From: Oscillospiraceae bacterium
GTDB lineage: Bacteria > Bacillota > Clostridia > Oscillospirales > Oscillospiraceae
Length of the DNA stretch: 64,000 nucleotides
Assembly (NCBI GenBank): GCA_017541825.1
Contig: JAFXYJ010000043.1
Coordinates: 17,154-81,153, forward strand
Direction: 5' to 3'
How positions within the stretch are numbered: the stretch's first letter is position 1; each line of letters starts with the position of its first letter. Under the pieces are notes generated by a model. It made no database searches, was not told where the DNA came from, and saw nothing but the letters and a program-made list of their open reading frames with translations. Both the position numbers and the translations under genes were made by a program. This document shows, piece by piece, positions 58,106 to 64,000 of this stretch.

Positions 58106-58840
58106 TCAGCCCTTCACCGCCCAGAAGAGAAACAGCGGCGCGTCGGCAAGATCACGCTCCCGGAGGATCCTGGCCCCCGCCGCGAGATCCGCCCCGCAGG
58201 CGGCAAAGCCGATCTCCTTTGCCAACGCCGCATCCCACTCCGGACGGCGATGTCCGGCGGCGGGCATGGAGAGAGTGATCTCGGCGTTTTCCCGGGAAAG
58301 CGCAGGCGTGATCCCGATGTGACCGTACACGCCCTCGGCGTTCGTTTCGGAGGCTTTTTGATTCTCGTTGCGGACGTTCTGCGCGTAGTCGGCGTCGAAA
58401 TTGAGCAGCACGCCGCCCGGCCGCAGCACCCGGAACCACTCCCGATACGCCTGCTCCGGATCCGGCAGCGTCCAGGTGAGATTGCGCGTCACCACCGCGT
58501 CGAAGACGGCGTCGTCAAAACGCAGCGCCTGGGCGTCCATCACAAGGAACGTCGGCGATACGCCCGCCTGCCCGGCGATCCGATCGGCCTCGTCGAGCAT
58601 GGCCGGCGTCAGATCGATGCCGGTCAGCCGGTGCCCCAGGCGGGAGAGCAGTACGGCAAAGTAGCCGGTTCCGGTCCCTGCGTCCAGGATATCCAGCGGC
58701 CTGTTGCCGGGGAGCCTGGCGCAGATCTCCTCTGTCCAGCGATCGCTGATGGCGTCGTGCAGCTCGTTGACGCGCACCGCAGCGAAGTCATGCGCTCTCG
58801 CCGTCCAGTAGCTTTTGATGCGCTGTGTCTGGCCTGTCAT
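58106..58840 (-). CDS. Class I SAM-dependent methyltransferase, distal gene of the ABC-importer operon
   Basis: Motif I ILDAGTGTGYF, post-I GIDLTPAML. Its ATG lies 2 nt after the upstream ATPase stop. Confidence 0.8.
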   Translation of the reverse strand: MTGQTQRIKSYWTARAHDFAAVRVNELHDAISDRWTEEICARLPGNRPLDILDAGTGTGYFAVLLSRLGHRLTGIDLTPAMLDEADRIAGQAGVSPTFLVMDAQALRFDDAVFDAVVTRNLTWTLPDPEQAYREWFRVLRPGGVLLNFDADYAQNVRNENQKASETNAEGVYGHIGITPALSRENAEITLSMPAAGHRRPEWDAALAKEIGFAACGADLAAGARILRERDLADAPLFLFWAVKG

Positions 58841-58842
58841 TG

Positions 58843-59595
58843 TCAGTTTCGAACCTCCAGCACGGATGAGATGAGTTTTTTCGTATAGGCCTCGCGGGGG
58901 GAGCGGATGACGTCCGCCACCGGGCCCTCCTCCACCAGCCTGCCGTTGTACATGACCATGACCCTGTCGCAGATGCTGCGCACCACGGCCAGATCATGGG
59001 AAACGAAGATCACCGACATGTTCTTTTCCCGATGCAGCCGGGAGAGCAGCCGCAGGATCTGGGCCTGGGAGGACACGTCCAGGGCGCTGGTGATCTCGTC
59101 GCACAGCAGGATGCGCGGCTGTACGGCCATGGCCCGGGCGATGGCGAAGCGCTGGCACTGTCCGCCGCTGAGATCCCGGGGATACCGCTCGGACAGCTCC
59201 AGCGGGAGCTGTACGAGCGAGCACAGCGTCTGCCAGTCCGGCTCCAATCCCGGACCGCAGAGATTGCGCACCGTCTCCCGGATGGAGTCGGCGATCTTCC
59301 GCCGGGGATGAAAGGAGCCCACCGCGTCCTGAAAGATCATCTGGATCGTGCGGTAGTTCTCCCTGGTCCGCCTGACCGGAAGGGGCTGCCCGTCCAGCAG
59401 CAGCTCGCCGGAATCCGGCGTCTCCAGACCGCTGATCTGCCGCAGCAGCGTGCTCTTGCCGCTGCCGCTCTCGCCGACGATGCCGAGGATCTCACCCTCC
59501 TCCAGCGCGAAGCTCACATCGGTGAGCGCGTCCACGCTGACGCCCCGGCGGCGGTATCGCCTGCAAATGTTTTTTCCTTCGAGGATCGCCATCAT
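58843..59595 (-). CDS. ABC transporter ATP-binding protein (OppF/DppF/NikE-like)
   Basis: Walker A GESGSGKST, signature LSGGQ, Walker B LLCDE. Confidence 0.9.
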   Translation of the reverse strand: MMAILEGKNICRRYRRRGVSVDALTDVSFALEEGEILGIVGESGSGKSTLLRQISGLETPDSGELLLDGQPLPVRRTRENYRTIQMIFQDAVGSFHPRRKIADSIRETVRNLCGPGLEPDWQTLCSLVQLPLELSERYPRDLSGGQCQRFAIARAMAVQPRILLCDEITSALDVSSQAQILRLLSRLHREKNMSVIFVSHDLAVVRSICDRVMVMYNGRLVEEGPVADVIRSPREAYTKKLISSVLEVRN

Positions 59596-60551
59596 ACACC
59601 TCCGTCCGCACAGCCGCAGGCGGTCATATGTCCGCCGCCCGCGTCGATCGGCGCGTAGCGCCGTTCCGCGCAGCCGTCCCGGCAGACGGGGCAGCGTTCA
59701 CAGAATTCACAGCCGGCGTCGGCCGGCCCCTCCAGCGGCGGCTGACCCTGCAGCCCGACGGGCATCCCGCCCTGGAGCGAGGGGATAGCCGCGATCAGGG
59801 CGCGGGTGTAGGGGTGGCGGGGATCGCCGAGCACCTGCTCCGGAGTCCCCAGCTCCACCAGCCGCCCGGCGTACATCACGCCGATCCGGTCGGCCAGGAA
59901 CTGCGCCAGAGCCAGATTGTGCGTCACTATGATCTGCGCGATGCCGCTCACGTCGCGAAGACGCCTCAGCTCCTGCGCCACCTGCAGCTGCACGGTGGCG
60001 TCCAGCGCGCTGGTGGGCTCGTCCGCCAGGAGGATGTCCTGCCCGAGCAGCAGCGCCAGAGAGAAGGCGATGCGCTGATTCATCCCGCCGCTCATCTCAT
60101 AGGGACAGCTGGCCAGGATCCGTTCCCGGTCGTTGAGACTCAGCTTGCCGAAGGCCTCGTCCACCTGCGCATCAAAAGTGTTCCTGTCGTATTTGCCGTG
60201 ACTTTTGAGCGTCTCCGTAAACTGCTTCCGATAGCTGCGGATCGGATTGAAGGAGGCACCGGGGCTCTGGGATACCAGGCCGAACTTGTCGCAGCAGATC
60301 CTCTGCCGCTCCCTGGGCGGCAGGGCGAGCAGGCTCCGGCCCTCCAGTATGATCTCGCCCGAAAGAACCTGCAGTCCGGGCGTGGTGCCCATCACGGCCT
60401 TGAGCAGCGTGCTCTTGCCGCAGCCGCTCTCGCCCACCAGGCACAATATCTCCCCGGGGCCCAGCGTGAAGGAGACGTCCGCGACCATACGGCCCGCGCC
60501 GTAGCCGGCGCTGAGATCCCTGACGGACAGAATGGGTTCCGATCCGCTCAT
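59592..60551 (-). CDS. ABC transporter ATP-binding protein (OppD/DppD/NikD-like) with a Cys-rich C-terminus
   Basis: Starts MSGSEPILSVRDL. Walker A GESGCGKST, signature MSGGM, Walker B LLADE. The C-terminus carries CEFCERCPVCRDGC. The track entry 59592..61187 is an artefactual extension. Confidence 0.9.
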   Translation of the reverse strand: MSGSEPILSVRDLSAGYGAGRMVADVSFTLGPGEILCLVGESGCGKSTLLKAVMGTTPGLQVLSGEIILEGRSLLALPPRERQRICCDKFGLVSQSPGASFNPIRSYRKQFTETLKSHGKYDRNTFDAQVDEAFGKLSLNDRERILASCPYEMSGGMNQRIAFSLALLLGQDILLADEPTSALDATVQLQVAQELRRLRDVSGIAQIIVTHNLALAQFLADRIGVMYAGRLVELGTPEQVLGDPRHPYTRALIAAIPSLQGGMPVGLQGQPPLEGPADAGCEFCERCPVCRDGCAERRYAPIDAGGGHMTACGCADGGV

Positions 60552-61393
60552 CTCGTCACCTCCACGTCCAGGACGTCGCGCACACAATCGCCCAGATAGT
60601 TGAAGACCATCACGGTGATGATCGTGGCAAAGGCCGGGGCCAGCACCGCCCAGGGGGCCAGCTGGATGTACGCCCGGGAGAGGCTGATCATGCTGCCCCA
60701 CTCGGCCTGGGGCTCCTGGACCCCGATGCCGAGGAACGACAGGCCCGCGATACCGATCATCATCGAGCCGATCTGGGTGGAGGCGTTGACGACCAGCGGC
60801 CCGAGCATATTGGGCAGCAGCGTCCGGAACAGGATCGCCGCGTCGCTGCAGCCGGAGAGCCGCGCCGCGCTGACGTAGGCCTCCTCCCGGAGGGAGAGGA
60901 CCTTGGCCCGCGCCAGACGGGCGTAGCCGGTCCAGCCGGTGATCCCCATGGCCAGCATGGCGTTGAACATGCCGCCGCCCAGGATGCCCGCCACCGCGAT
61001 GGCCAGCACCATCTGCGGAAAGGCCAGCAGGATGTCCGCCAGCCGCATGACGGCCGAATCCACCCATCCGCCGTAGTACCCGGCCAGCATGCCCAGCACG
61101 GAGCCGATCACGAAGGTAACGGCGACGAGCGTGACCGCGGAGAAAATGGAGGTGCGCGCGCCCATCATGACACGCGAGCAGATGCACCGGCCGTAGCGGT
61201 CCGTGCCGAAGGGATACTGCGCGCCGGGCGCCTGGTTCATGTTCAGTGCGCTGGTGGCGTCGGGATCGTTGGGCGTGAGCATCGGGGCCAGGATCCCGAA
61301 CAGCACCAGGAGCCCGGCCAGGATCCCAAACAGGAGCAGGCGTCTTTTGGCTCTTTTTCGAGCTTCGATTTTTGTCATGATCCCTCTCCTCAT
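60548..61393 (-). CDS. ABC transporter permease (OppC/DppC/NikC-like)
   Basis: 281 aa with about 6 TM segments. The EAA-type loop region reads AARLSGCSDAAILFRTLLPN. Confidence 0.88.
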   Translation of the reverse strand: MRRGIMTKIEARKRAKRRLLLFGILAGLLVLFGILAPMLTPNDPDATSALNMNQAPGAQYPFGTDRYGRCICSRVMMGARTSIFSAVTLVAVTFVIGSVLGMLAGYYGGWVDSAVMRLADILLAFPQMVLAIAVAGILGGGMFNAMLAMGITGWTGYARLARAKVLSLREEAYVSAARLSGCSDAAILFRTLLPNMLGPLVVNASTQIGSMMIGIAGLSFLGIGVQEPQAEWGSMISLSRAYIQLAPWAVLAPAFATIITVMVFNYLGDCVRDVLDVEVTR

Positions 61394-62319
61394 TCCGGAC
61401 GCACCCTGGGGTCGACCCAGTGGTAAGCGATATCGGTCAGCAGGTTGACCATCACATAGACCACGGAGGTGAACAGCACAAAACCCTGTATGACCGGGTA
61501 ATCGCGGTTGGTGATGGCGTCCATGGCCAGCTTGCCCAGCCCCGGCCAGCGGAAAATGGTCTCTATGACCACGCTGCCGCCGAAGAGCGTGCCGATCTGC
61601 AGACCCACGACGGTCATGATCGTGATGGAGGCGTTGTGGAGCACGTTGCGGTACAGGATGTACCGGCTCTTCACGCCGCGGGAGACCGCGCCGCTGACGT
61701 AGCTCTGTCCGAGCTGCTCCAGGATCTCCGCCCGGAACTGCCGCAGAAACCGGCCGATCATCGGGATCGACAGCGCCAGCGACGGGAGCAGCAGGCCCTT
61801 GAGACTCCTGTCCGCCACCACCGGCAGCAGACGGGCTTTGACGCAGAGATAATACATCAGCAGCACCGAGATCAGGAAGTTCGGCAGGGAGTTGGCGATG
61901 AAGCTGAAAAACCGGATGATGTTATCCAGCAGGGAATCCTTTTTCAGGGCCGTCAGGATGGCCAGCGGCAGGGAGATCAGCAGGGAGATCGCCAGCGAAC
62001 CCAATGCCAGCTGTACGGTGCAGCCCAGGGCCTTTCCCAGCTTTCCCGCCACGCTCAGCCCGTCCTTGTAGGAATTGCCCAGATCGCCGCGCAGGACCTT
62101 CAGCGCCCAGTCGCCGTACTGGACCAGGAACGGCCGGTCCAGTCCCATGGTTTTGCGGGTCTGTTCCAGCACCTCCTCCGAGACGGCGATCCCCTGGGCG
62201 CTGAGCTTTTTGGACGCGGCGTCGCCGGGAGCCAGGTACATCAGCAGGAAGGTGAGGAAGCTCAGGGCGATCAGGATGCCCACCAGATGAATGAGCCGCC
62301 GGCCGATATACTTACCCAT
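61390..62319 (-). CDS. ABC transporter permease (OppB/DppB/NikB-like)
   Basis: Starts MGKYIGRRLIHLVGIL. Contains YVSGAVSRGVKSRYILYRNVLHNA. I prefer the ATG at 62319. The track start is GTG at 62331. Confidence 0.88.
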   Translation of the reverse strand: MGKYIGRRLIHLVGILIALSFLTFLLMYLAPGDAASKKLSAQGIAVSEEVLEQTRKTMGLDRPFLVQYGDWALKVLRGDLGNSYKDGLSVAGKLGKALGCTVQLALGSLAISLLISLPLAILTALKKDSLLDNIIRFFSFIANSLPNFLISVLLMYYLCVKARLLPVVADRSLKGLLLPSLALSIPMIGRFLRQFRAEILEQLGQSYVSGAVSRGVKSRYILYRNVLHNASITIMTVVGLQIGTLFGGSVVIETIFRWPGLGKLAMDAITNRDYPVIQGFVLFTSVVYVMVNLLTDIAYHWVDPRVRPE

Positions 62320-62436
62320 ACGTTTCACCACACATTAAGATAGGATCATAGGAGAAAATCTAAATACGTTATCAAAGGACAGATGGAGTCGACGACAGTC
62401 GGCTCCATCTTGCCATGCGCGGATATGACTGCGCGG

Positions 62437-63993
62437 TCAGGGCATATCGGTCGCAGCGCTGACTCCGTAGAAGTCGAAGGGACAGTACTCCGCTATGCCT
62501 GTCACGCCGGGCGCGGCGACGGTGGTCTTGTTGAACAGGCCTACAAAGCCGAAGGCATTGTCGTCGATGACCATCTGCACGATCCTGTTGGCCAGCTCGG
62601 CGCGCCGGGAGAGATCCGGCTCAAACTGGAGCTCATCGATCAGCGCTTCGCTCGCGTCGGTCGGGAAACCGGCCAGCGCCCATTTGCTGTCCGCGCGGAA
62701 CAGCGCGTTGATGCAGTAATAGGGATCGCCGGCCTTGTCCGCGATCATGCAGTAAAGAGCGATGTCGTAATCGCCGGAACTCACATAGGTATCGTCGGCG
62801 TTCTCCTGGACGGTCAGCGTGGAATCGATCCCGACGGCCTTGAGCTGCTCCTGCATCAGCAGGGCGATGGTATCCAGGGAGCGGGCCGCGTAATAACAGA
62901 TGTTTAAGGTCAGCACCGCGCCGTCCTTTTCGTAAAGGCCGTTGGCGTTGAGCGTGTACCCGTCGGCCTCCAGGGCGGCCCTGGCCGCGGCGGTGTCAAC
63001 GGCGGGCTTGGTGACCTGGCCGTAGGGAGCCGCGGAGGAGAAGGGGCCGACAGCCGGAGAAACGGTCCCGCTCAGATACTGGGCGATGGCGTTGTTGTCC
63101 GTCGTCAGGTTGACGGCACGGCGGACATTGTCGCTCAGACGGGTCTTGTTGAGCGCGTAAAACTGCAGCCGGGTGGCGGGGATCTCGGTGAGCACATACC
63201 GGGAGGGATCGGCGGAGTAGATCTGCTTGGCGGCGGCGGAGACGCTGTTGTAGCCGTCGATCTCGCCGCTCTGCATGGCCATGAGCTTGCTCTCGTCGTC
63301 CTGCATGTAGTAGAACACCGCGCCGTCCAGCTTGACCTCGCCGTTCCAGTAGGAGGCGTTCCTGACGACCTCGACGGTCCCCTCGGGCTCAAAGGATTTG
63401 ACGACGAAGGGGCCGGTGCATACGGGGGCGTTGTCGAAATCCGTTGTGTCGTCCAGGTCCATGATGCCCAGCTCCGGCGCCGTCAGGTCGCTGAGCATGG
63501 TCGGGTTGATGCCCGGAGTCGCGATGGTGAGGGTCTTTTCATCGACGGCAGTGAGGGTGTAGCTGTTCAGAACGGAAAAACGTTCGTTGACCTCGCCGAT
63601 GCGCTGAAGGTTGCGCACCACCATGTCCGCCGTCAGCGCCTTGCCGTTGGAGAAAGCCGCCTTGGGGTTGAGCCTGATGGTCCAGGTCAGACCGTCGCCG
63701 CTCACCTCGGAGCTTTCCGCCAGCAGAGGCTGTACGGACAGATTGTCCGCGACGCGGAACAGCGTTTCGGACATGCCGTAGATCGAGGTGTACCAGCCGT
63801 AATAATCCTTGTGGACGTCCAGACTGGGATACGCGAAACTCACGGCCATGCGCAGGATCTTCTGCCCGGCGGGCGCGGGCGCGGCGTCGGGCTTGTCGCC
63901 GCCGCCGGTGCCGGCTGCGCCGCCGGCGCCGCCGCAGGCGGTCAGACTCAGCGCCAGACAGAGGACCAGAAGCAGATAGAGCAGTTTTTTCAT
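62437..63993 (-). CDS. ABC transporter substrate-binding lipoprotein (family 5, peptide/nickel/opine type)
   Basis: Lipobox MKKLLYLLLVLCLALSLTAC. 518 aa, the typical size and composition of SBP_bac_5 proteins. Confidence 0.88.
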   Translation of the reverse strand: MKKLLYLLLVLCLALSLTACGGAGGAAGTGGGDKPDAAPAPAGQKILRMAVSFAYPSLDVHKDYYGWYTSIYGMSETLFRVADNLSVQPLLAESSEVSGDGLTWTIRLNPKAAFSNGKALTADMVVRNLQRIGEVNERFSVLNSYTLTAVDEKTLTIATPGINPTMLSDLTAPELGIMDLDDTTDFDNAPVCTGPFVVKSFEPEGTVEVVRNASYWNGEVKLDGAVFYYMQDDESKLMAMQSGEIDGYNSVSAAAKQIYSADPSRYVLTEIPATRLQFYALNKTRLSDNVRRAVNLTTDNNAIAQYLSGTVSPAVGPFSSAAPYGQVTKPAVDTAAARAALEADGYTLNANGLYEKDGAVLTLNICYYAARSLDTIALLMQEQLKAVGIDSTLTVQENADDTYVSSGDYDIALYCMIADKAGDPYYCINALFRADSKWALAGFPTDASEALIDELQFEPDLSRRAELANRIVQMVIDDNAFGFVGLFNKTTVAAPGVTGIAEYCPFDFYGVSAATDMP

Positions 63994-64000
63994 GGGGGAC

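Overview
This is a high-GC (about 60-70%) chromosomal segment that looks like a Clostridia/Oscillospiraceae-type anaerobe. That placement is inferred from gene content only: rubrerythrin, EtfAB, a SpoVB-like flippase, a sigma-54 system and Gram-positive lipoboxes. I call about 50 CDS, one tRNA-Ser(GCU), one cobalamin riboswitch, two sigma-54 promoters, several sigma-70-like promoters and several intrinsic terminators. I found no transposase, integrase, phage gene, CRISPR array or rRNA.

Gene order:
- 269-8128: a 2619-aa secreted BspA-type LRR / Cys-repeat / Ig-like giant protein. It carries an internal block of about 2.1 kb at much lower GC.
- 8192-15226 (- strand): a translationally coupled operon of FHA-FtsW/RodA, class B PBP, ABC-F and RecG.
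- 15341-18921: tmk, tRNA-Ser, a P-loop protein, a flavodoxin/ferredoxin-like protein with a His-rich tail, and a PfkB sugar kinase.
- 19252-22432: a GH94 phosphorylase and a D-lyxose/mannose isomerase.
- 22542-27403: a glutaredoxin-like protein, rubrerythrin, a HAD hydrolase, citrate synthase and icd.
- 27437-31635: an insulated unit of promoter, cobalamin riboswitch, attenuator, a lipoprotein with three tandem CbiK-chelatase domains, a second lipoprotein and a terminator.
- 31717-36768: a hydantoinase-family protein and a lysA-methyltransferase-secreted protein operon.
- 37020-57943: a roughly 21 kb island apparently driven by sigma-54. It encodes EtfBA, a nitroreductase, an MBL hydrolase, 2 GntP permeases, 2 crotonases, 2 acyl-CoA dehydrogenases, 2 family III CoA-transferases, a MaoC dehydratase, an acyl-CoA ligase, an MFS transporter, a GAFTGA enhancer-binding protein and an NMO/FabK-like reductase.
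- 58106-63993 (- strand): an Opp/Dpp/Nik-type ABC importer with a co-transcribed methyltransferase.

Best candidates for undescribed biology:
1. The B12-riboswitch-controlled surface triple-CbiK lipoprotein pair.
2. The sigma-54-controlled cai/car-like CoA-dependent island, with related palindromic upstream elements at both promoters.

All family assignments rest on reading motifs in the translations. No database search or RNA covariance model was run. Start codons are sometimes ambiguous.
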